From IMG/VR virus record IMGVR_UViG_2684622542_000012: DNA of 39,564 bases; one strand, 5' to 3'. Under the pieces are notes generated by a model. That model was not told the DNA's origin. It did no database searches and saw nothing but the letters and a program-made list of their open reading frames with translations. Shown one piece after another: positions 18,617 to 28,157 of the stretch. The position numbers and the translations under genes are program-made. Position 1 is the stretch's first letter, and each line of letters begins with the position of its first letter. Source of the DNA: a virus. Taxonomy: Duplodnaviria; Heunggongvirae; Uroviricota; Caudoviricetes.

Positions 18617-18937
18617 TATTTATTGTTTTGTAATAAACGGTTTCGGCTTAGGTTTGTTCTGACNNNNNNNNNNNNNNNNNNNNNNNNNNNNNNNNNNNNN
18701 NNNNNNNNNNNNNNNNNNNNNNNNNNNNNNNNNNNNNNNNNNNNNNNNNNNNNNNNNNNNNNNNNNNNNNNNNNNNNNNNNNNNNNNNNNNNNNNNNNNN
18801 NNNNNNNNNNNNNNNNNNNNNNNNNNNNNNNNNNNNNNNNNNNNNNNNNNNNNNNNNNNNNNNNNNNNNNNNNNNNNNNNNNNNNNNNNNNNNNNNNNNN
18901 NNNNNNNNNNNNNNNNNNNNNNNNNNNNNNNNNNNNN

Positions 18938-19191
18938 GGGCGCAAGCGCGGGGAATCAGAGCTGCAATTAATGCCAAACTTGATGAGCCGCATAACTGGA
19001 AAGGGAAAAAATGCAGGTTGCATATGGAATTCTCTCAGGATGGCACGGCGTTAAAAATATCTACCAGTAACGGTGATAAAGCCTATTGCGAAGCGATAAA
19101 GTCCGCAGCTCATAAAGCCAAATTTCCGGCCTTCAACAATCCGGAAGTCTACAGAGATTTTCAGAAATCTGGCTTTGACATGCGAGGTTAG
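18938..19191 (+). CDS. Second TolA domain III-like protein; N-terminus in N-run 18664-18937
   Basis: In-frame translation after the gap: ...GKKCRLHMEFSQDGTALKISTSNGDKAYCEAIKSAAHKAKFPAFNNPEVYRDFQKSGFDMRG, stop 19189-19191. Same G-K-x-C-x-L...C...PEVY pattern as the upstream paralog. Confidence 0.55.
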
Positions 19192-19442
19192 CTCTTCAAT
19201 TACTATATCTCATTCATAGCAAACTGACAGATTTGATGATGTTCTATATACGAAACCTGTGATGTCAAGTCTGAGCTAATACAAATAAACATAATATCAG
19301 AGAAATACATTTTATTAGCTCGCTACGGCGAGCTTTTTATATTGCATCGTCTCCAGCATATATATCAATTAAGGCTCTGATTGATGTGTCTGAAAGCCTA
19401 CACATAATAACTATGCCATCCGTTCCGTGCGGAGGTGAGGCT

Positions 19443-19658
19443 ATGAAATCCATGGACAAAATTTCAACAGGCATTGCCTACGGCACCTCCGCAGGCAGTG
19501 CTGGCTACTGGTTTTTACAGTTGCTCGATAGAGTAACTCCGTCACAGTGGGCTGCAATCGGTGTGCTGGGTAGTCTGGTATTTGGCCTGCTGACGTACCT
19601 GACAAACCTTTATTTCAAGATTAAAGAAGATAAGCGCAAGGCTGCGAGAGGTGAATAA
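19443..19658 (+). CDS. Holin (phage 21 S / EssD-like class II), 71 aa; possible upstream alternative start at 19386
   Basis: [71 protein letters not shown]. Two transmembrane segments and charged C-terminus. Overlaps the endolysin start. Confidence 0.85.
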   Translation: MKSMDKISTGIAYGTSAGSAGYWFLQLLDRVTPSQWAAIGVLGSLVFGLLTYLTNLYFKIKEDKRKAARGE

Positions 19659-20155
19659 TGCCTCCATCATTACGAAAAGTCGTTGCTGCTGCTATTGGTG
19701 GCGGAGCAATTGCTATAGCATCAGTGTTAATCACTGGCCCAAGTGGTAACGATGGTCTGGAAGGTGTCAGCTACATACCATACAAAGATATTGTTGGTGT
19801 ATGGACTGTATGTCACGGGCATACAGGAAAAGACATCATGCTCGGTAAAACGTATACCAAAGCAGAATGCAAAACACTCTTGAATAAAGACCTTGCCACT
19901 GTCGCCAGACAAATTAACCCGTACATCAAAGTCGATATACCGGAAACAACGCGCGGCGCTCTTTACTCGTTCGTTTACAACGTGGGTGCTGGTAATTTCA
20001 GAACATCGACGCTTCTTCGCAAAATAAACCAGGGCGATATCAAAGGCGCATGTGATCAGCTACGTCGCTGGACATATGCTGGCGGTAAGCAATGGAAAGG
20101 TCTCATGACTCGTCGTGAGATTGAGCGTGAAGTCTGTTTGTGGGGTCAACAATGA
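19658..20155 (+). CDS. SAR endolysin (lysozyme, RrrD / phage 21 R-like), 165 aa
   Basis: N-terminal signal-anchor-release segment [20 protein letters not shown] followed by a T4-lysozyme-like domain (E...D...T motif region [11 protein letters not shown]). Confidence 0.9.
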   Translation: MPPSLRKVVAAAIGGGAIAIASVLITGPSGNDGLEGVSYIPYKDIVGVWTVCHGHTGKDIMLGKTYTKAECKTLLNKDLATVARQINPYIKVDIPETTRGALYSFVYNVGAGNFRTSTLLRKINQGDIKGACDQLRRWTYAGGKQWKGLMTRREIEREVCLWGQQ

Positions 20156-20687
20156 GCAGGGTAACCGCGATTATCTCCGCTCTGGTTATNNNNNNNNNNN
20201 NNNNNNNNNNNNNNNNNNNNNNNNNNNNNNNNNNNNNNNNNNNNNNNNNNNNNNNNNNNNNNNNNNNNNNNNNNNNNNNNNNNNNNNNNNNNNNNNNNNN
20301 NNNNNNNNNNNNNNNNNNNNNNNNNNNNNNNNNNNNNNNNNNNNNNNNNNNNNNNNNNNNNNNNNNNNNNNNNNNNNNNNNNNNNNNNNNNNNNNNNNNN
20401 NNNNNNNNNNNNNNNNNNNNNNNNNNNNNNNNNNNNNNNNNNNNNCGAAAGCTGAAAATGATGCTCTGCGTGATGATGTTGCCGCTGGTCGTCGTCGGTT
20501 GCACATCAAAGCAGTCTGTCAGTCAGTGCGTGAAGCCACCACCGCCTCCGGCGTGGATAATGCAGCCTCCCCCCGACTGGCAGACACCGCTGAACGGGAT
20601 TATTTCACCCTCCGGGAACGACTGGTAATGATGCAGGCCCAACTTGAAGGTGCTCAGCAATACATAACCGAGCAGTGTTTAAAGTAA
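20152..20687 (+). CDS. Rz-like inner-membrane spanin; middle in N-run 20190-20445
   Basis: Start [12 protein letters not shown]... overlaps the endolysin stop. C-terminal coiled-coil part after the gap (...[26 protein letters not shown]...[17 protein letters not shown]). Frames before and after the gap differ, so the gap length is not the true length. Confidence 0.7.
20458..20628 (+). CDS. Rz1-like outer-membrane lipoprotein spanin embedded in Rz (+1 frame)
   Basis: [56 protein letters not shown]: lipobox VVGC, proline-rich, nested in Rz. Confidence 0.65.
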   Translation: MMLCVMMLPLVVVGCTSKQSVSQCVKPPPPPAWIMQPPPDWQTPLNGIISPSGNDW

Positions 20688-20824
20688 AATCTTAACTACA
20701 ATATGATTCATTTTGATGATTGTTTCATAAGGAACAGTGAAGTAAGATCTAAGAGGAGTTAAATTTTATACAGTATAATCATAATATTGCAGCAAGGTGG
20801 TTATAATTGAAAGAATATTTAGAT

Positions 20825-22282
20825 ATGAATACATCTCATGTAAGAGTTGTTACTCATATGTGTGGGTTCCTGGTTTGGCTCTATAGTCTTTCAATGTTGC
20901 CACCAATGGTTGTAGCATTGTTTTATAAAGAAAAAAGCCTGTTCGTTTTCTTTATAACTTTCGTTATATTTTTTTGCATTGGTGGCGGAGCGTGGTATAC
21001 AACTAAGAAATCTGGCATTCAATTACGTACCCGTGATGGGTTTATTATAATTGTAATGTTTTGGATTTTGTTTTCTGTTATTAGTGCATTCCCTTTATGG
21101 ATTGACTCAGAACTTAATTTAACGTTCATTGATGCTCTGTTTGAAGGGGTTTCTGGAATAACAACAACAGGAGCAACTGTAATTGATGATGTTAGTTCAT
21201 TACCTCGGGCATATTTGTACTATCGGTCACAGTTAAATTTTATAGGTGGTTTAGGAGTTATTGTTCTGGCGGTTGCAGTATTGCCATTATTGGGTATTGG
21301 TGGTGCAAAGCTTTATCAGTCAGAAATGCCGGGGCCATTTAAGGATGACAAACTCACTCCCCGCCTGGCCGATACGTCACGGACACTGTGGATAACTTAT
21401 TCTTTATTAGGTATTGCTTGTATTGTCTGTTATAGACTTGCAGGAATGCCTTTGTTTGATGCTATTTGTCACGGGATTTCCACAGTTTCGCTTGGTGGTT
21501 TCTCAACTCATAGCGAGAGTATCGGATATTTTAATAACTATTTGGTTGAGCTGGTGGCTGGTTCTTTTTCCCTGCTATCGGCTTTCAACTTCACTCTTTG
21601 GTATATTGTTATTAGCAGAAAAACGATAAAACCTTTAATCAGAGATATTGAACTTCGTTTCTTTCTGTTAATAGCCTTAGGGGTGATCATTGTTACCTCT
21701 TTCCAGGTCTGGCATATAGGTATGTATGACTTGCATGGAAGTTTTATTCATTCGTTTTTTCTTGCCAGCTCCATGCTCACTGATAATGGTTTAGCTACGC
21801 AGGATTATGCAAACTGGCCCACGCACACGATAGTGTTTTTGCTGTTGTCAAGTTTCTTTGGGGGATGTATAGGTTCAACCTGTGGTGGAATTAAGTCACT
21901 TCGATTTCTTATACTTTTCAAACAAAGCAAACACGAGATAAATCAGCTTTCTCATCCCAGAGCGTTGTTGAGTGTAAATGTAGGAGGGAAGATAGTTACA
22001 GATCGTGTAATGAGGTCTGTATGGAGTTTCTTTTTTCTTTATACTCTCTTCACGGTGTTTTTTATACTGGTGTTAAATGGTATGGGATATGATTTTCTTA
22101 CATCATTTGCAACAGTGGCTGCATGTATTAATAATATGGGATTAGGTTTTGGGGCTACTGCATCGTCATTCGGAGTGCTTAATGACATTGCAAAATATTT
22201 AATGTGCATAGCTATGATTCTTGGTCGCCTTGAAATTTATCCTGTTATTATATTGTTTTCAGGTTTTTTTTGGCGCTCCTAA
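20825..22282 (+). CDS. trkG: TrkG potassium uptake protein (TrkH family), 485 aa
   Basis: MNTSHVRVVTHMCGFLVWLYSLSMLPPMVVALFYKEKSLFVFF... multi-pass membrane protein matching recalled Rac TrkG. Coding sequence is markedly AT-rich relative to phage neighbours. Confidence 0.9.
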   Translation: MNTSHVRVVTHMCGFLVWLYSLSMLPPMVVALFYKEKSLFVFFITFVIFFCIGGGAWYTTKKSGIQLRTRDGFIIIVMFWILFSVISAFPLWIDSELNLTFIDALFEGVSGITTTGATVIDDVSSLPRAYLYYRSQLNFIGGLGVIVLAVAVLPLLGIGGAKLYQSEMPGPFKDDKLTPRLADTSRTLWITYSLLGIACIVCYRLAGMPLFDAICHGISTVSLGGFSTHSESIGYFNNYLVELVAGSFSLLSAFNFTLWYIVISRKTIKPLIRDIELRFFLLIALGVIIVTSFQVWHIGMYDLHGSFIHSFFLASSMLTDNGLATQDYANWPTHTIVFLLLSSFFGGCIGSTCGGIKSLRFLILFKQSKHEINQLSHPRALLSVNVGGKIVTDRVMRSVWSFFFLYTLFTVFFILVLNGMGYDFLTSFATVAACINNMGLGFGATASSFGVLNDIAKYLMCIAMILGRLEIYPVIILFSGFFWRS

Positions 22283-22419
22283 TATATGGCTGATTTATAA
22301 TTGTGAGTTTAATATTATGTTGACTCACTCATTGATCCAATACCTAACTTTACCAGCAACACCTCCGCCCCCAGTAGCACTGGCTGCTGGGGTGCGTTTT
22401 ATTCATAAAGCAAGGCTGT

Positions 22420-22860
22420 ATGAGCGAGAAATTAAAGATAGTCTATCGCCCATTACAAGAATTGTCACCGTATGCGCACAACGCCAGGACGCACAGTACT
22501 GAGCAGGTGGCACAACTGGTAGAAAGTATTAAGCAATTCGGCTGGACTAATCCGGTNNNNNNNNNNNNNNNNNNNNNNNNNNNNNNNNNNNNNNNNNNNN
22601 NNNNNNNNNNNNNNNNNNNNNNNNNNNNNNNNNNNNNNNNNNNNNNNNNNNNNNNNNNNNNNNNNNNNNNNNNNNNNNNNNNNNNNNNNNNNNNNNNNNN
22701 NNNNNNNNNNNNNNNNNNNNNNNNNNNNNNNNNNNNNNNNNNNNNNNNNNNNNNNNNNNNNNNNNNNNNNNNNNNNNNNNNNNNNNNNNNNNNNNNNNNN
22801 NNNNNNNNNNNNNNNNNNNNNNNNNNNNNNNNNNNNNNNNNNAAATTGATGAACTGTTGA
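22420..22860 (+). CDS. ynaK: ParB-like nuclease domain protein (YnaK-like); middle in N-run 22557-22842
   Basis: N-terminus MSEKLKIVYRPLQELSPYAHNARTHSTEQVAQLVESIKQFGWTNP has the ParB N-terminal signature (L.PY..NAR.H). Rest masked. Confidence 0.6.
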   Translation: MSEKLKIVYRPLQELSPYAHNARTHSTEQVAQLVESIKQFGWTNPXXXXXXXXXXXXXXXXXXXXXXXXXXXXXXXXXXXXXXXXXXXXXXXXXXXXXXXXXXXXXXXXXXXXXXXXXXXXXXXXXXXXXXXXXXXXXXXXKLMNC

Positions 22861-23246
22861 CGGATGTTTTGCCCGGTACAGGAAATGAGGAGGAGCCGTA
22901 TACGACGAAAATTGATACGCCTGTTTATGAGCCGTCAGGCGGTAAACCGGATATCAGTGAACTGTACGACGATACGAAAACTCAGGAGCTGATCAGCCGG
23001 ATACGTTCGGCGTCCCTTGATCCTGATATTGAGAAATTCCTCCTGTGTGCAGCAGAACGTCACACGGTGTTTAATTTCAGCAGAATTGCGGACTATTACG
23101 CTCATGCCCCCGCTGAAATTCAGTGCCTTTTCGAGGAGTCGGCGCTGGTGATCATTGATTATCAGCAGGCTATTGAAAATGGATTTGTCCGAATGACGCA
23201 GCGCATGGTGGAGATCATGCATGGCGGGGAGGAGGAATATGCGTGA
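22857..23246 (+). CDS. ydaY: YdaY-like hypothetical protein
   Basis: 129-aa acidic ORF MTDVLPGTGNEEEPYTTKIDTPVYEPSGGKPDISELYDD... ATGA overlap with the preceding stop. Assignment by position in Rac and vague recall. Confidence 0.5.
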   Translation: MTDVLPGTGNEEEPYTTKIDTPVYEPSGGKPDISELYDDTKTQELISRIRSASLDPDIEKFLLCAAERHTVFNFSRIADYYAHAPAEIQCLFEESALVIIDYQQAIENGFVRMTQRMVEIMHGGEEEYA

Positions 23247-24171
23247 TGATTTTTGCGCCTTTATTCTGACTCACGGGCGACCGGACAAAGTTCTGACTTA
23301 CCGGACGTTGCGTCGTGCTGGCTATACCGGGAAAATTTTTATCGTTGTTGATGATGAAGATAAGACACGGCATCAGTACATGGCTGAATTTGGTGAACAG
23401 GTGCTGGTATTTTCCAAAGCCGATATTGCTAGTCGTTTTGACGAAGCCGATAATTTTAGTGACCGCCGCTCAATTTTTTACGCCCGTAATGCCTGTTTCG
23501 ACCAGGCAAAACTGGTCGGGTGTAAATACTTCATTCAGCTCGATGATGATTATCACGAGTTCCAGTTTCGGGTGGATCGCAACTATGACCAGGCCTATTT
23601 CCCGATAAGGAAACTGGATGAGATCCTTTCTGAAATGCTTGCGTACTACGAATCAATACCTGCTCTTTCCATCGCTATGTCGCAGGGCGGGGATTTTCTT
23701 GGTGACAATGGCGGCCATGCTTCGTGGGTGAAACGCAAGGCAATGAACAGCTTTATCTGTTCGGTTGATCGACCGTTCTCATTCATGGGGCGCATTAACG
23801 AGGATGTGAATACGTACACGAATCTCGGTCGCTGTGGTGAATTGTTTATGACGATCGGTGCTGTCCAGTTAGGGCAGAAACAGACGCAGAAAAACAGCGG
23901 CGGAATGACCGAGCTGTATCTGGATTCCGGAACCTACGTTAAAAGTTTTTACTCCGTCATGTATGCGCCGTCGTGCGTAAAAATCTCACTTATGGGTGCC
24001 AGTCATAAACGCATTCACCATCAGGTCACCTGGAACAACGCTGCAGTAAAAATCCTTCACGAAAAATACAGGAAGAAGACACCCTGCATATCAATGGGGG
24101 TGACAAATGATTCCGTATTCGAAAGTCGAGTCTCTGGCAGCGTGCCGGATGACTGCACAACAAATCGCTGA
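23239..24171 (+). CDS. Hypothetical protein with DDD motif (possible nucleotide/sugar-transferase-like fold)
   Basis: ATG at 23239 preceded by GGAGGAGG. Contains ILTHGRPDKV...IFIVVDDED...YFIQLDDDYHEF reminiscent of DxD-type transferases. No confident family. Confidence 0.5.
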   Translation: MRDDFCAFILTHGRPDKVLTYRTLRRAGYTGKIFIVVDDEDKTRHQYMAEFGEQVLVFSKADIASRFDEADNFSDRRSIFYARNACFDQAKLVGCKYFIQLDDDYHEFQFRVDRNYDQAYFPIRKLDEILSEMLAYYESIPALSIAMSQGGDFLGDNGGHASWVKRKAMNSFICSVDRPFSFMGRINEDVNTYTNLGRCGELFMTIGAVQLGQKQTQKNSGGMTELYLDSGTYVKSFYSVMYAPSCVKISLMGASHKRIHHQVTWNNAAVKILHEKYRKKTPCISMGVTNDSVFESRVSGSVPDDCTTNR

Positions 24172-24358
24172 CGTTCTGGATGTTGATCTGAACCGACTGA
24201 AAGAAAATCGGGAAGCAATGACAGATTTTTATGCGGCCATCCGTAAGGGCAGAGCGAAAGGTGAAGCCGAGTTACGAGCGGCATTGTTTAAGCTTGCCAG
24301 AAAAGGGGATGCCTTTGCTCTGCGCGAACTACTCAGGGTGGATAAAAATCAGGACTAA
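24107..24358 (+). CDS. Small hypothetical protein (possible DNA-binding protein)
   Basis: 83-aa basic ORF overlapping the end of the previous gene, upstream of the packaging genes. Confidence 0.35.
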   Translation: MIPYSKVESLAACRMTAQQIADVLDVDLNRLKENREAMTDFYAAIRKGRAKGEAELRAALFKLARKGDAFALRELLRVDKNQD

Positions 24359-24361
24359 CTG

Positions 24362-25456
24362 ATGAGCAGACCGGACTGGGGGGCGTTGCAGCAGGAGTAT
24401 ATTGCTGAATACACCCGCTCCGGTATATCTCCGGTGGCATGGTGTGAAGCAAGGGGACTGAATTACGCAACAGCCCGTCGTTACATCAAAAAAACTCCGA
24501 AAAATGCGCAGACAGAAATGTGCAAAACTGCGCAAAAAAGTGCGCAGAAAAAATCTGCGCAGACTGCACAAAAGCGGAACGAAAAATCTCAGGAAAAAAA
24601 GCCAGTATTCGATGCGGGCCTGAATGAGGGCGACGCGGAGGAATTTTCGTTCTGTCCCGATGAATTCGGCATTTCTGACCAGCAGGCTAAGTTTGCGATG
24701 CTTGTTGCTCAGGGTAAAAAGCCGACAGAGGCGTACCGACTAGCCGGTTATGAGGGGCAAGGTGCGACAGCTAACAGCAACGCCAGTCGTATGCTTAGAA
24801 ATGCCAGGGTTTTTCGCGCTATCAGCTACTTCCGCAATCAGTACCAGAAACGCTATACCGCAGACCTGGATTTACTAGTGAGTCAGTTGATGGCTATTGT
24901 CCTGGCCGACCCCAATCAGCTTGCACAATTTCGCCGTGTTAACTGCCGTTATTGCTGGGGCGAGAATCATCTCTACCAGTGGCGCGATATAGCAGAATTC
25001 GACAAGGCAGCGGCGCAGGCTTCCAGAGATGGCAAACCCGAACCGGAATATGGAGGCCTCGGCTTTGTTGATAACGCCATACCCAATCCGGACTGCCCGA
25101 AGTGCTGCGGTGAGGGAACGGGACAGCTTTATATGGCTGATACCACTCTGCTTGATGGGGATGCGCGGCAATTATATGCAGGGGCAAAATTCGGAAAATT
25201 CGGCGTTGAGATCCTGCTGGAGGATAAGGCTGCCGCCCGGCGTGAATTGTTGCGTTTGTTTTCTGCTGGCGGGGCTTTATGTGCAGATAAGCGGCTACGG
25301 GAACTGGAAATTGAACGGCGCAGAATGGAAAACCAGAAGCTGCGCAAAGAGATCGAAACGGTGGAAGATAATGAACATCCCCAGCCTGTGGCGATCAATA
25401 TTAATGTGGTTGATGCCAGAGTAAGGAGTGATGAAGATGATCTCTCCGACGCTTAA
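24362..25456 (+). CDS. Putative terminase small subunit / DNA-packaging protein with Cys-rich zinc-finger region
   Basis: Immediately upstream of and overlapping the terminase large subunit. N-terminal HTH-like region (YATARRYIKK) and CRYCWGENH...CPKCCGEG motif. Confidence 0.5.
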   Translation: MSRPDWGALQQEYIAEYTRSGISPVAWCEARGLNYATARRYIKKTPKNAQTEMCKTAQKSAQKKSAQTAQKRNEKSQEKKPVFDAGLNEGDAEEFSFCPDEFGISDQQAKFAMLVAQGKKPTEAYRLAGYEGQGATANSNASRMLRNARVFRAISYFRNQYQKRYTADLDLLVSQLMAIVLADPNQLAQFRRVNCRYCWGENHLYQWRDIAEFDKAAAQASRDGKPEPEYGGLGFVDNAIPNPDCPKCCGEGTGQLYMADTTLLDGDARQLYAGAKFGKFGVEILLEDKAAARRELLRLFSAGGALCADKRLRELEIERRRMENQKLRKEIETVEDNEHPQPVAININVVDARVRSDEDDLSDA

Positions 25457-26748
25457 TGTGCCTCAGGCGCGATTTCTTTCAATGCCCCATAAATTTAAAG
25501 CCTATATTGCTGGTTTTGGCTCGGGCAAAACATGGGTTGGGTGTGGCGGCATATGCAAGGGGATTTGGGAGCATCCAGGTATAAATCAGGGATATTTTGC
25601 GCCAACGTATCCCCAAATTCGCGATATTTTTTACCCTACAGTGGAAGAAGTTGCTGCTGACTGGGGATTGAACGTAAAAATTAATGAGGGAAATAAAGAG
25701 GTTCACTTTTATTACGGACGCCAGTATCGGGGAACCACTATCTGCAGATCGATGGAGAAGCCACAAACGATCGTCGGTTTCAAAATTGGTAATGCGTTGG
25801 TGGATGAACTGGACATTTTGCCGAAGGAAAAAGCCAGAACGGCGTGGCGCAAGATAATTGCACGTATGCGTTATAAGATTGATGGACTTCGCAACGGTAT
25901 TGACGTTACAACCACGCCGGAAGGATTCAAATTTGTCTACGAGCAGTTTGTTAAAGCCGTGCGTGAAAAAACAGAGCTGGCCTCACTGTATGGTCTGGTG
26001 CAGGCATCTACTTTCGATAATGAAAAGAACCTGCCAGCAGATTACATTCCTTCGCTTCTTGAATCATACCCTCCAGAGCTGATTAAAGCCTATCTTCGAG
26101 GACAGTTTACTAACCTGACAAGTGGTACTGTTTACCATCAGTTTGACCGGAAACTGAATAATTGCGAAGAAGTGGAGCAGCCAGGGGAGCCGATTTATAT
26201 TGGGATGGATTTTAACGTTGGAAAGATGGCGGGAATCGTCCATGTGCTGCGTTTGGGGCTTCCATGTGCGGTAACTGAAATCATCAATGCCTACGATACG
26301 CCGGATATGATCCGCATCATTAAAGAACGCTTCTGGCTGTATGATGGGAATGATTACCGGAANNNNNNNNNNNNNNNNNNNNNNNNNNNNNNNNNNNNNN
26401 NNNNNNNNNNNNNNNNNNNNNNNNNNNNNNNNNNNNNNNNNNNNNNNNNNNNNNNNNNNNNNNNNNNNNNNNNNNNNNNNNNNNNNNNNNNNNNNNNNNN
26501 NNNNNNNNNNNNNNNNNNNNNNNNNNNNNNNNNNNNNNNNNNNNNNNNNNNNNNNNNNNNNNNNNNNNNNNNNNNNNNNNNNNNNNNNNNNNNNNNNNNN
26601 NNNNNNNNNNNNNCAGGTCTGGGATGAGAAGGGGGAGCCTGATAAAAAATCTGGCAATGATCACCCGAATGATGCCGGAGGTTATTTCATCGTTAAGCAA
26701 TTCCCTATTGTCAAACCGACCGGAAGAGTCACATCACTTCGGATTTAA
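25437..26748 (+). CDS. Terminase large subunit; part in N-run 26363-26613
   Basis: Walker A YIAGFGSGKTWVGCGG near the N-terminus. RBS gtAAGGAGtg upstream. C-terminal segment continues after the gap to stop at 26746-26748. Confidence 0.85.
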
Positions 26749-26750
26749 TT

Positions 26751-28157
26751 ATGGCTGATATATCAACACCCAACCTCGACTATAACGATATGCTGGAGGC
26801 GTGGGATATTAACGACGCACTGATGGGCGGTACGCTTGAAATGCGCAGGCAGGGGGAAAATTATCTCCCAAAATGGCCTAACGAAGATGAAGACGCTTAT
26901 AAAAAACGCCTGTCTGTGGCTACGCTACTTCCTGTGTATGAAGAAAGCATCAAGCAAAATATTGGGCGCATATTTGCAGAGCCGACAGTATTGAGTGAGG
27001 AAACGCCGGCAAAAATCAGGGAATATGCAGAAAATATCGACATGGAGGGGAGCCGACTGGATGTGTGGGCGCAGCAATTTTTCAGCCTCGCATTTCAGTA
27101 TGGTGTGGCACATGCGCTGGTGGACTATCCACGAACGGATATGAAAGAGATTCGGACAAAAGCCGATGAAAACGCGACCGGTGGTCGTCCGTACGTTACG
27201 ATGCTGAATCCACGCCAGGTTATTGGATGGAAATCGAAAGTTGAAAAAGGGAAAGTTGTTCTCACTGATTTGCGTATAAAAGAGGTCATCATTATTGATG
27301 GTGATGATTTCGGGCAGAAGAAGGTGGAGCAGATCCGCCATATTATGCCCCGTCGAGTTGAAATTTATCGACGTAGCGAAGGCACTAATGGCGAATCTGT
27401 CTGGACGCTTCATGAGTCATGGAATACCAGCCGTGATGATATTCCTCTGGTAACACTGTACACGAAGAAAACAGGATTTATGCGTGGTACACCGCCATTG
27501 CTTAATCTTGGCTTGCTGAATATCAAGCACTGGCAAAGCCAGAGCGAGCAGGACAATATTCTTCATGTTGCCCGCGTTCCATTGCTGGTGGCCTACGGGC
27601 TGGACAGGAATGAAGAACTGACGGTTGGTGCATCCACCGCTACGATTTTTGAGGACAGAACAAAAAATGGCCTCGAATATGTTGAACATAGTGGCGCAGC
27701 GATAGAATCTGGCGAAACATCACTTGAGAAGCTGGAAAATCAGATGCGTCATGCCGGCGCTAAACTTCTGCGTGCTGAAAATACATCCACCAAATCTGTT
27801 GATCAGACTAATGAAGAGCGAATGCAGGAAAACTCGCCGCTTTATACAATGGCGAACTCCCTCGAAGATGCCCTCGATAATATTCTCCAGATAATGGCGG
27901 AATGGATCGGAGAGAGTTGCGGTGGCAATGTGGATGTGCGCACTGAACTGGATGTATCTGCCCAGGTGTTTGACTCATCCTCCGCGCTGGCTGTTCAGTC
28001 ATTGCGTCAGGGCGGTGATATACGTCAGATTGATGCGGTTCGGGTGTTGCAGGCGTTGAAATTTATCGATCAGGATTCCCGTCCAGAGGAAGTGATCGAT
28101 GAATTAAAAAATCAGAGTGTAATGCTGATGGAAATCAATGATGCAAACCGTGAATGA
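26751..28157 (+). CDS. Portal protein
   Basis: 468-aa ORF directly after the terminase large subunit. Typical portal size and acidic C-terminus. Packaging-module synteny. Confidence 0.75.
   Translation: MADISTPNLDYNDMLEAWDINDALMGGTLEMRRQGENYLPKWPNEDEDAYKKRLSVATLLPVYEESIKQNIGRIFAEPTVLSEETPAKIREYAENIDMEGSRLDVWAQQFFSLAFQYGVAHALVDYPRTDMKEIRTKADENATGGRPYVTMLNPRQVIGWKSKVEKGKVVLTDLRIKEVIIIDGDDFGQKKVEQIRHIMPRRVEIYRRSEGTNGESVWTLHESWNTSRDDIPLVTLYTKKTGFMRGTPPLLNLGLLNIKHWQSQSEQDNILHVARVPLLVAYGLDRNEELTVGASTATIFEDRTKNGLEYVEHSGAAIESGETSLEKLENQMRHAGAKLLRAENTSTKSVDQTNEERMQENSPLYTMANSLEDALDNILQIMAEWIGESCGGNVDVRTELDVSAQVFDSSSALAVQSLRQGGDIRQIDAVRVLQALKFIDQDSRPEEVIDELKNQSVMLMEINDANRE

Noticed and set aside
20115-20189. 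ORF-track start [10 protein letters not shown]... as the Rz N-terminus
   Set aside because: It lies inside the endolysin C-terminus in another frame. The Rz start [12 protein letters not shown] at 20152 fits the usual endolysin-Rz overlap. The apparent continuity with the Rz C-terminus is an artefact of the arbitrary N-run length.
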